This document shows, piece after piece, positions 11,970 through 22,619 of a stretch of DNA of 64,000 nt; the stretch's first letter is position 1, and each line of letters begins with the position of its first letter. The DNA is taken from NCBI RefSeq assembly GCF_004010195.1, contig NC_057718.1:39662635-39726634 (forward strand), read 5' to 3'. The notes beneath the pieces are model-generated. The model saw nothing but the letters and a program-made list of their open reading frames with translations. It had not been told where the DNA came from and ran no database searches. The position numbers were made by a program, and so were the translations under genes. The DNA comes from Chiloscyllium plagiosum (lineage: Eukaryota).

Positions 11970-12747
11970 CTGATACATGATAAAATGTAGCTTTGGGTAT
12001 CTAAAGTGATCTCTAACAAATCAATACATGGTTTCTAGTGTGATTTTTTTTCGCCAAATTACTTTTGAAAGAAATAACATCTTGCTAAAGGTACAATTCC
12101 ATGGATCCCAACTGCTCTTAAGAACCCCAGCATTATTCGTTTCTGCCTTGACAGTTAAATCCATCAAGTTGTTCTCTGCTAAACGCGTAGACTGCAGAAG
12201 TTTCTGCATATTCATCCAAAGCAGATACTCTGGCCAGTTTTCTAAAGAATAGACACATTGAAGGCATTTGTCTAAGCACATCTTAGCACAGACTGCAAAT
12301 TCAAACAGATATTCTTCATTTGTATGAATTCAATGAATTGCGAGTGAGAATTTAAAATATCTTAATGCATTCTTGTGGATTGAGGAACAGGAAGAGGATC
12401 TTCAAATCTTCTTGTCTTTGTCATTTTAACAAGTGCTTAAAGAATAACTACCAGCAAGCACTGGACTTGAAATGAAAGTCAAAAGCTGAACTCCTGCCTT
12501 TTCCAGTAAACGAGTGTATGAAAGTACGAACCAGAAAAATAAAGGTGAAACTTTTAGAATTAATCTTATTCTTTAATAAAAGTTTCCTGACATTTTTAAA
12601 TAAAGTGGTCATGAATAGACATACATAGAAGATAAGTAAAATAGAAATGTAAATCTCCATCATCAATTATCAGGTCTTAAAATTACCCAAATGCTCTGAA
12701 CACAACAGGTAATTTCCAAAATTAAATCATTATACATAACGTGCAAC

Positions 12748-12753
12748 TTTATT
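12748..12753 (-). terminator. Candidate polyadenylation signal of MRPL57
   Basis: TTTATT on + (AATAAA on -), about 100 nt after the MRPL57 stop. Confidence 0.55.
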
Positions 12754-12849
12754 ACTAGTTGGAGTTCACAATAATTTGCAGGAGGCACTTTTTAAATCTC
12801 TTCAGTATATCTGGCAATGTAATTAAAAAGGATTCTTCTGCCAAATTTT

Positions 12850-13161
12850 TCACATGCCCCACTTTTTGGTTACGTTTAGGTGATTTAAATGTTCTTCAAT
12901 ATATTTGAATTTAGGGAAGTTTGCAGATTTGGCATTCTTGAAAGCCTCCCAGCGTTCAGCTCTGCGTTGTGCTGCATGACCTCGTTCCTGCTCCACAGTC
13001 ATCCAGGGCTGGCTCAGCCAGTACTCTGTCTCCCTTTCGATTTCCAGTCTTTTAATTAAATTACGCTTCATTTGCCAGGTAATTTGCCTAGGGCGTCTGT
13101 ACTTTCCTATCCACTGTTTGCCTGGAATTCCTTTCCGAAGCAGAAATGCCGTAAGAAACAT
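12850..13161 (-). CDS. MRPL57: Mitochondrial ribosomal protein mL63 (MRP63/MRPL57), single coding exon, 103 aa
   Basis: [42 protein letters not shown]...HLNVTKKW matches vertebrate MRP63. Acceptor ttttttcaag lies just upstream (exon starts at 13177). Confidence 0.93.
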   Translation of the reverse strand: MFLTAFLLRKGIPGKQWIGKYRRPRQITWQMKRNLIKRLEIERETEYWLSQPWMTVEQERGHAAQRRAERWEAFKNAKSANFPKFKYIEEHLNHLNVTKKWGM

Positions 13162-13389
13162 TCTGCCACAGTTTTACCTTGAAAAAATAGCAACCGTCAA
13201 AATTGGAATATAACTTTCAGCAAAACATTAAAAATTAACATGATTCTTGCACACAAGGGGAGTTTTAAAATTATTTTTAAAAACTGAAAATGACAATTGA
13301 AGTTCAGCAGTGAATCTGTTAAAAACAGTCAACTTGTCAAATCTGAACAGCTGGAAAAATAACTTGCAGACGAGCTAAGTGCCACAAAG

Positions 13390-15005
13390 AAAGATGAATC
13401 TTGCAATCAAATTGTGCCTCTCCCATTTCCTGGATCTCTCAAAGTATTTTGCAACACAATTAATTATTTTTGATAACAAGGTTAGATCACATGGAATACA
13501 AACAGAACTAGCCATTTGGTTACAAAATTGGCTTGAAGACAGGAAATAGAGGGTGGTAATGGAGGATTGGTTTTTCAGACTGGAACCCTGTAACCAGTGG
13601 TGTGCCGCAAGGATCGGTGCTGGGTCCATTGCTTTTTGTCATTTCTATGGAGTCACAGTGCTGTACAGCATGAAACAGACCCTTTCGTGCAACTCGTCCA
13701 TGTTAACCAGATATCCTAAATTAATCTAGTCAAAGTTTGCCAGCATTTGGCCCATATCCCTCTAAACTGTTCCCATTCTTTTCCCCATCCAGATGCCTTT
13801 TAAAATGTTGTAATTGTACCAGCCTCCACCACATTCTCTAACAGCTCATTCCATACACGCACCACCCTTTGCATGAAAACCTTATGCCCTCTAAGTTTGG
13901 ACTCCCCCCACCGCAGGGAAAAGACCTTGTCTATTTACCCTATCCATGCCCCTCATGGTTTTATAAACTTCTATTATAAGGTCACCAGTCAGCCTCTGAC
14001 ACGCTTGGGAAAATACGCCCAGCCAATTTCAGCGTCTCTTTACAGCTCAACTCTCCAACCCTGGCAACATCCTTGTAAATCTATAAATGATGTGGATGTG
14101 AATAGAGGAGGTATGGGTATTAAGTTTGCAGATGACACCAAAATTGGTGGTGGAGTGGACAGCAAAGAAGATTTCCTCAGAGTACAGCGGGACCTTGATC
14201 AGATGGACAAATGGGCTGAGGAGTGGCAGATGGAGTTTAATTTAGATAGAGGTGAGGTGCTGCATTTTGACAGGACAAATCAGAGCAGGAACTGTACACT
14301 AAGTGGTAAGGTCCTGGGCAGTGTTACCAAACAAAGAGACACTGAGGTGCAGGTTCATAGTTCCATGAAAGCAGAATTACAGGGAGACAAGGTAGTGAAG
14401 GCAGTGTTTAGCACGCTTTCCTTTATTGGTCAGTACATTGTGTATGGGAGTTTGGAGGTCATGTTGCAGCTGTACAGGACATTGATTACGCCACTTTTGG
14501 AATACTGTATGCAATTCTGGTCTCCCTACTATAGGAGAGATTTTGCAAAACTTGAAAGGGTTCAGAAAAGATTTACAAGGATGTTGCCAGGGTTGGAGGG
14601 TTTGAGCTGTAGTGAGAGTCTGAATAGGCTGGTGCTGTTTTCCTGGAGTATCGGAAGTTGAGGGGTGACCTTATAGAGGTTTATAAAATCACAAGGGGCA
14701 TGGATAGGGTGAATAGTCAAGGTCTTTTCCCCAGAGTAGCAAAGTCCACATCTAGAGGGCACAGATTCAAGGTGAGAGGGAAAGATTGAAAAGGGATCTA
14801 AGGGGCAACCTTTTCACAGAGAGTGGAGCATTTATGGAAACAGCTGCCAGAGGTGATGGTGGTGGAGGAGGCTGGTACAATTAAAATAATTTAGAGGGAT
14901 ATGGGCCAAATGCTGGCAAAGGGGACTAGATTAGTTTAGGATATCTGGTTGGCATTGACAAATTAGATTGAGGGGCCTGTTTTTGTGCTGTACATCTTTA
15001 TGATC
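13390..15005 (+). mobile_element. CR1-type LINE 3' part (RT domain), interrupted by an inverted CR1 3' fragment at about 13648-14080
   Basis: RT motifs GVPQGSVLGP, KFADDTKIGG and LEYCMQFWSP. The RT sequence breaks at about 13647 and resumes at about 14081. Confidence 0.88.
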
Positions 15006-15049
15006 TAAAGGCAGTTTTGCAACTTTAGTTGCAAAGTGGCAACTAATAT

Positions 15050-15750
15050 TCATGCTACACAAGCTTCAGGTAATGATCATTACTCCTTAATATTTAATGG
15101 CATTTTGCTGAATCCTCCAGTATCGGCATTCTGGTGGGTTACCAGAAACCAAACTATTGTGGCTATAATAGCATGTCAGTGCCTGGTAATTCTATGACAA
15201 GTAACTCACCTCCTGATTCTGCAGAGTCTGTCATCTACAAGGCACAAATCAGTGGTGGGTAGGAATACTGTCCACTTACCTACAAGAATGCGGATCCAAT
15301 ATCACACAAAAAGCTCAACACCATTGAGGACAAAGCACTCTATCTAACACATTCATCATGAATTCCCTCCACCATCAATGCCGTGGCAGCAGCATGTAAC
15401 CACCTACAAGACGTACTGTAACAGCTTATCTAGACTCTTGAAGGCAACACCTTCCAAATGCTATCTCCACCAACTAATATGCATGCAAATATGTAAGAAC
15501 ACCATCATTTACAATGTCCCCTCCAAGCCACACACCACCCTAATTTGGAACTGTATCACCATTACTTCACTGTCACTGGGTAAAAGTGTTAGAATTCCCT
15601 CCCTACAGCACTGCAATCACATCCACACTCTAAGGATTGCAGTGGTTCAAGAAGGCAGTTCACGACCACTTTCTTTACATTAATTATGGATCGCCAATAA
15701 ATGTTAGCCTAGCCAGCGATGCCCACATCTTGTGACTGAATTCAAAAAAG
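15050..15750 (+). mobile_element. Old LINE 3' fragment sharing its tail with the SINE at 37690-38025
   Basis: Ends in 'caataaatgttagcctagccagcgatgcccacatc...aaaaa', similar to 37965-38020. Confidence 0.55.
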
Positions 15751-15995
15751 TAGGAAAATGTGAGTCAATTTCCACTCAAGGTTCTATAAACAGCAATGAC
15801 AAAAGATGGTAATCAGATTCTGATTTTGAAAATATTAATGAAGAACGAAATGTTTCTTGATGCTGGAAATACACCACTTTCCTTGGGAACTTTTACATCC
15901 ACTCATTTCTTACTAACAAGGCAACCCTGTTCCCTCCGCCTATCATTTTAATACAATGTGCATACTTAGATATTCAGTTGCTATCCTAGTAATGC

Positions 15996-16216
15996 ATGTC
16001 TGCGTGGGTTTCCTCCGGGAGCTCCGGTTTCCTCCCACAGTCACAAAGATGTGCAGGTTAGGTGAATTGGCCATGTTAAATTGTCCGTAATGTTAGGTAA
16101 GGGGTAAATGTAGGGGTATGGGTGGTTTGCGCTTCGGCGGGCCGGTGTGGACTTGTTGGGCCGAAGGGCCTGTTTCCACACTGTAAAGTAATCTAATCTA
16201 ATCTAATCTAATCTAA
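15996..16216 (+). mobile_element. HE1-type SINE, 5'-truncated, with (ATCTA)n tail
   Basis: Very similar to 60188-60403; ATCTA repeats at about 16190-16216. Confidence 0.88.
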
Positions 16217-17589
16217 TTTAATTGCTCATATTTGTGACAACTCATGACAATGAGGCTTGATTTCTAGCACACTCATCCCAGCAGAGTGGTGACAATTTAT
16301 TAGTGACCAACACATACATCATGGCTGCTAGCCTTGCAAAGGACTTCAGTCCTCTTTGTACACAACTTGTACTGATTCCATCCTCAGGTTAAGTCCAAGA
16401 ATAGCCTCTTCACTTCAAGCTCACTTTTTTGGGGTTCTTCTTTGGAATGCAAGAGGATACAGGAAAATTTAATTGAGATACAACACTCTGAAAAGCCGAG
16501 ACGAAGAAGGGAAGAATCTAATTCCATTGACAGAGGTTAATTCCCTTTTTTTGTTGGTGGGAAAGAGTGGGTAGTGGGGGGGGGAGAGAATTAATAAATT
16601 GGCAGAAAAGTGAAAGAGAAGTAGAAATGCTCATTGCACTTAAGTTACTTGGACATGCAGTTGAGGCTCCATAGTCTACAGGACCACAGACCAAGAGCTG
16701 CAAACTGGATTTGGCTGAATTGCTCTCGATTGACAGACATTAATATGCTTTGCTGAATGGCCTCCTTCTGTGCATTATATTTTTGTTTTCTAGATCTCTT
16801 TTAATTAAGTATTTGAATAAAGATTCCATTGCCTTTCCTACCTTCAGTATTAAACTGACCCATGGCTTCTCACACTTGCTCCAACTTCATTTTAAAATAT
16901 AAAAAACTTTAGTTGGCTCTAATTCTCTGGCAATAATTGCTTTTCTAATAAAGATATTATAGCAAGAAGTGCCTTTTCCTTAACTTACTTTGCAATCTAT
17001 CTGGGATGGGAGTTTTAATCCAAGTTTGATTAGGTTTATGAAGTTTCTTGTCCTTTTCCAATTTAAATATCATATTACATTTTTAATCCCTTCTAATTCA
17101 TCCACTCTATTAGTCTCATTGGTCCAAAAAAGAGAAAAGTAATGCAATATTTCTGCCATTTCCAAGTATATTTTGTACATTTCTTTTGACCTTCTCAATG
17201 TTCTCATTATCAATGTGCCCGTGGAATGTTTTATATATCAAATGGTCAGAAGCTCAAGCAGCACTAAATCTCAGGATGAAGGATCCAATGGATCCTGGAT
17301 CCAGATGAGTCAGGAGCATTAAACCACCAATCTGGAGCATCTTTCAGGTGGGAGGTTTGAAGTCTAGGAAGGGAGGAAGGGTGTTATTGTCTTTTGGGGA
17401 GTTCTCTCAATGTGTAAAGGACAACCCCCAGAACAGAATTTCATTTCCTTCCCACTCAAACAAACTTAAAGATAGGCTGCCCAAACCAACTGTTAACCAA
17501 GTTCAATTGATTCAATTTTTCAGTGCCCCTTCCAAATTACAGGGGAAAGATAGATGATGGGTAGTAAGCTGGAGACCTGGGAATCAACC

Positions 17590-17754
17590 AAGGAGCAGGA
17601 AAATCGACGTTTCGGGCATGAGCCCTTCTTCAGGAATGGCTCATGCCCGAAACGTTGATTCTCCTGTTCCCTGGATGCTGCCTGACCTGCTGCGCTTTTC
17701 CAGCAACACATTTTCAGCTCTGATCTCCAGCATCTGCAGTCCTCACTTTCTCCT
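17590..17754. mobile_element. Short fold-back Penelope-derived element
   Basis: Perfect 17-bp TSD agacctgggaatcaacc at 17573-17589 and 17755-17771; inverted arms; minus-strand hammerhead core at 17603-17637. Confidence 0.85.
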
Positions 17755-18207
17755 AGACCTGGGAATCAACCCAATATTATGTGTCCCCAACACACTGAAA
17801 ACATATGAAGAACAAATTCTTTCCTATATCTGTCCTGTTCTTTTTTTTCCAACATTCCTGTGAAGGAAATTTGATTCTGTTCTTATATCCTCAATCTTTG
17901 CCTGGCACCCTACTATCAAAAAAAAAAGCCTTTGTATTATCATTATACTTCTCATTATGTTAATCCCTGTTTTAAAGTGATTGCTTATTTTTCTGAATTA
18001 TTTCCAATACAATACAATCAATCCTGTCATCTGCACAGGTCAGCCTCTAACCAAGGGTGTACTGTACATGGAACACCTACACTAGAAATGCACAAAAACC
18101 AGGATAAGGTGTGGCAGCAGCAGGGTCTGGTGAACGCAGGGTGGGTGACACACAAGAACAACAGCAGGTCAGTTAGCTCCTCAAGTCTGTTCCACCATTT
18201 AAATTTT

Positions 18208-19590
18208 GGGGCAGCATGGTGGCTCAATAGTTAGCACTGCTGCTTCACAGCACTCGGGACTCGGGTTTGAATCCAGCTTTGGGTGACCATCTGTGTGGAT
18301 ACAGAACTGGCTCAAAGGTAGAAGACAGAGAGTGGTGGTGGAGGGTTGTTTTTCAGACTGGAGGCCTGTGACCAGTGGAGTGCCACAAGGATCGCTGCTG
18401 GGTCCTCTACTTTTTGTCATTTACATAAATGATTTGGATGCGAGCATAAGAGGTACAGTTAGTAAGTTTGCAGATGACACCAAAATTGGAGATGTAGTGG
18501 ACAAAGAGGGTTACCTCAGGTTACAACAGGATCTTGATCAGATGGGCCAATGGGCTGAGAGGAGGCAGATGAAGTTTAATTCAGATAAATGCGAGGTGCT
18601 GCATTTTGGGAAAGCAAATCTTAGCAGGACTTATACACTTCATGGTAAGGACCTAGGGAGTGTTGCTGAACAAAGAGACCTTGGAGTGCAGGTTCATAGC
18701 TCCAAGTGGAGTCACAGGTAGATAGGATAGTGAAGGCAGCGTTTGGTATGCTTTTTTTTATTGGTCAGCGTATTGAGTATAGGAGTTGGGAGGTCATTGT
18801 TGCGGCTGTACAGGACATTGGTTATGCCACAGTTGGAATATTGTGTGCAATTCTGGTCTCCTTACTATCGGAAAGACGTTGTGAAACTTGAAAGGGTTCA
18901 GAAAAGATTTACAAGGTTGTTTCCAGGGTTTGAGGATTTGAGCTATAGGGAGAGGCTGAACAGGCTGGGGCTGTTTTCTCTGGAGCATCAGAGGCTGAGG
19001 GGTGACCTTATAGAGGCTTATAAAATTATGAGGGGCATGGATAGGATAAATAGGCAAAGTCTTTTCCCTGGGGTCAGGGAGTCCAGAGCAAGAGGGCACA
19101 GGTTTAGTGTGACAGGGGAAAGATATAGAAGAGACCTACGGGGCAACTTTTTCACACAGAGGGTGGTATGTGTACGGAATGAGCTGGCAGAGGAAGTGGT
19201 GGAGGCTGGTACAATTACAACATTTAAGAGGCATTTGGATGGGTAAATAAATAGGAAGGGTTTGGAGGGATATGGGCCAGGTGCTGGCAGGTGGGACTAG
19301 ATTGGGTTGGGATATCTGGTCTGCATGGACAGGTTGGACTGAAGGGTCTGTTTCCATGCTGTACTATGACTATGTGTGTCTGAGTTTCCTACAACAGTCC
19401 AAAGATATGCATACCAGGTGATTTGGTTAAGCTAAATTGCCCAGTGTTCAGGGATGTGTAGGTGAGGTGCATTAGTCATGGGTAAATGTACAGTAATAGG
19501 GTAGCATAGGTCGGGGTGGATTACCCTTCAGAGGGTCACTGTGGATTTGTTGGGCCAAAGGGCCTGTTCCCACACTGTAGGGATTCTATG
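18208..19590 (+). mobile_element. HE1-type SINE (about 18208-18298 plus 19373-19590) split by a CR1 3' fragment (about 18293-19372)
   Basis: SINE tRNA head with A box TGGCTCAATAG and B-box-like GGTTTGAATCC; CR1 RT ORFs 18293-18721 and 18743-19246; SINE body resumes at 'gtttcctacaacagtccaaagat'. Confidence 0.85.
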
Positions 19591-20060
19591 ATTTAATGTA
19601 ATCACGGATGATTTAGCACCTGATTTCATATTTCTGTTCTTTGGCCCACATCCCTTAATAGCTTCAATTAACAACTAATTTAAAATTAACAACTGATCCT
19701 GCATCCACTGTCGTTTGTCAAAGCGAGTTCACAACATCCACCATCCTTTGTATAGAAATGCTTCTTAACGTCTCTCCTCGCCTTACTTCTCAGATTAAAC
19801 CCCTTAGTTCTAAACCCGCAACCAGTGAGAACAGTTTATCTTTACCTCTCCTGTCTTTTCCAGCTAATATCTTGAAGACTTCAATCAGATCACCCCTTAA
19901 CCTTCTAAATTCTGCAGAAAACAGGCCTAATTTGTATAATCCCTCCTCATCACTTAACAGTTTATAACAGTCCCTAATTCTGTAAATTGAATCACAAAGT
20001 TCTTTTGGCCTCTTTCCACACAGAGACATCCTCGGCTGCCGACCCGGCTCCCTCACTTAC

Positions 20061-20115
20061 CGACTTTCCGCTCCAGCCGCTTCTCAACACCACACCGAGA
20101 GCAACTCGGAATAAC
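20061..20115 (-). other. MRPL57: Probable non-coding first exon of MRPL57 (5' boundary uncertain)
   Basis: Minus-strand consensus donor TCG|GTAAGT (plus ACTTAC at 20055-20060) inside a non-repeat CpG-rich patch; the coding exon has an acceptor 16 nt before its ATG. Confidence 0.6.
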
Positions 20116-20119
20116 CTAC

Positions 20120-20260
20120 CATCCCATTGGCCTACGCCTTCGGGGACCAAACCAGCAAACGGAAATATAATTGGCTGTTGCTGGCGGCCTTAGTAATGAG
20201 CGTTCCGATTGGTGACCCGGTGCGATTGGGTTGCTATGGGATACGCCGAAATGGCGAGGG
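20120..20260 (-). promoter_or_regulatory. CpG-rich promoter with four CCAAT boxes and ETS-, RFX X-box- and YY1-like motifs
   Basis: ATTGG at 20126, 20170, 20208 and 20225; ACGGAAAT at 20159; GTTGCTATGGGATAC at 20230-20244; AAATGGCG at 20249-20256; locally high CpG density. Confidence 0.6.
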
Positions 20261-20483
20261 CTGCTTGGAAATGGGAACGGACAGAAATAGTCATCCAGCC
20301 AAAGAGCAAATCAGTCCTGGGCGGCGGTACTGAGAGATGATAGTTGTCGAGCCTCAGTCGCCGCAAGGTGTCCAGGGAGGATCAGCAACAGCGTCTGCCT
20401 GGTTCCTGCCGAACTGCCTCGCCAAGAAACTCCGAAATACACTCATACCTCCCCCAACACCCAGCCGTTGCCTCCTCCCCTCC

Positions 20484-20562
20484 CCCGATGAAGGAGCAAC
20501 GCTCCGAAAGCTAGTGTGCTTCCAATTTAACCTGTTGGACTATTACCTGGTGTTGTGATTTT
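20484..20562 (+). mobile_element. Probable PLE-derived terminal fragment (third family) with degenerate hammerhead core
   Basis: CCGATGA-a-GGAGC-aac-GCTCC-GAAA-GC-TA at 20485-20513. Confidence 0.5.
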
Positions 20563-20702
20563 TCTCTTTTGACATAATGTGTTGGTCGCTAAGCTGGCGA
20601 GGCTCATTCACCAAGTTGGTGCTGAAGCTGAAGGAATAATGGTGACATGGCAAGATGCTGGTTGCTGTAATTTCCTTTATAAGGTAGCAAAAGTGACTTC
20701 AC

Positions 20703-21017
20703 CAGTTTCCTCATTTCCTATTTTCCCCCCCCACCTTACCCCAGTTCCATCCTCATGACCTTTCCTACCTGCCAATCTTTTTCACCTATCTGCTCCACCC
20801 TCCTCTCTGACCTATCATCTCCTCCCCAGCCCCACCTCCACCCCCTTCCCATTTATTTCTCCACGCCGGAGGCTCTCTGCCTTCAGTCTTGATGAAGGGC
20901 TTTTGTCAGAAACGTCGATTTTCCTGCTCCTCAGATGCTACCTGACCCACTGTGCTTTTTCCAGCACTACTCTAATCTAATCTCTGATTTCCAGCATCTG
21001 CAGTCCTCACTTTTGCC
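20703..21017 (+). mobile_element. Penelope-like (family B) terminal-repeat fragment
   Basis: Co-linear with 52920-53265, including 'gatgaagggcttttgtcagaaacgtcgatt'. Confidence 0.8.
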
Positions 21018-22619
21018 AAGGAGTAGAGTCAGCCCAGGCTCTATATGTTCCATCATGGTGTCCTGGGATAATGTCAGTTGGTAAAAAGGACCTGAGGGCT
21101 GCAGGAATGGAAGGCCATCTTCTCCGAATAGTTCTGAAAGTGAAAGCTGTTTTGACCTTCTGTGCTGTTGGCATTTTCCAAGGAGGAATAGATAACCCAC
21201 GTAGAATCTCTGTCATCAGGATAATGACTATGCCACCTTGCAATATCACACCAGATCATTTCATTCCCAATGTCAAGGTCACATCATATCACAATGCTGC
21301 AGAATTTGTCACTAGGAAGTGGTTCCATTCCCTTAATGATTAGGTAATCTGTGATCATGGTTATTACTTTCAGGTGTGCGTCTGCTACCCTGACTATTGA
21401 CTCCCACGTTGTGGAGCAGACCTTGTGTACCTTGTGCATTGATGGTCCAGGTGCTTCACAAGGCTACCCACTGGGTGACAAGGGCTACCCACTATGATCC
21501 TACTTCATGACACCATTGTGCAATCTGCTGCCTATACTTTGACTCGAATTGTGGTCGAGTAGGTGATAGGGCTGCTGAAGATATGATTCTGCTGCTTTGA
21601 TTGATTTGGGGTTCCTTCATTATAGGCTGGATAGAATGTGCTACATCATCCTGGCATACCGTGCTTTTCACAATTTGAGCACACAACTAGGTGATGTGGT
21701 GGATACTGAAGAACTGGGGGAATGGGAACAATTTTCCAAGGAGCAGGGTAAGGACACTAAAGATGCCAGATATGACCAGTTCAACACCCAGCTCCAGATA
21801 AGATCTAGGTACAGCTGACCATCATGGCATGTTCAATTTGATTTGCATTATGGGGTCAACTGCAGCTTCCATTCTCTTTATGTTCACTTTCATTGATGCA
21901 AATAAAAGCTCATGTTTGGACTGCTTGCTGGCGTGTGATATACCCTGAATGGACAATGAAATCTATAGTTTATGTAATATATTTGCCAGCCTTAGACAGG
22001 GTTTATTTTAAACAAAGATTTCCACTCAAAAAACAGCTAATTTATGAACCAGCTGAAACTCTTAGTTTGACTTGCACTAGAATGCCAAAGTTAAGTGAAG
22101 GGAAAGGAAGAAGGGAAAGAGATTTTCTATTGCTTGTGCTTTTCCTAGACCTAGAGAGGCAGGAATTTCTGTGCTACTGAAGAAGCTCGTTATTTGGTGA
22201 GTTTCTGTTCAGTGATTACAGTCCATTCTCTAAATTTTAAATTAATATAGCAACTGGTGGTAACATTAAAATATTTACATTTGTATACATTTTATTAATC
22301 AGGTTTATATTTAGTTGTTCCTTAAAGCAAATTAAGGTTGGAGGATAGGTGATATGTGACAGTTACAGCGTATGGAAGTTCTTGGATAGCAATTTGGTCC
22401 AGAGCAAAGATCGACAGGAGTTATTTAAAACTCAGATCTGTACTCCTTGGGCTTATGAACTCAAATCTAAACTACAAACATTGTGATGCATTAGGAAAGC
22501 TATGTGGATTCTTTGAACTACTAAGCAGTCACTTCTCTGAGGGTTGGATCATCAGATTTTGGTCAAAGGTCAGGGACAGGAGAGTTAACTAACCATGACA
22601 CCATGCTACAGGAAGTCAT

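Noticed and set aside
12021..12330. 86-aa minus-strand ORF between CK and MRPL57
   Set aside because: No recognisable homology, an in-frame stop shortly upstream, and no convincing splice sites.
21030..21900. Overlapping short ORFs in moderately GC-rich sequence
   Set aside because: No family motif I can support; probably an old unclassified repeat.
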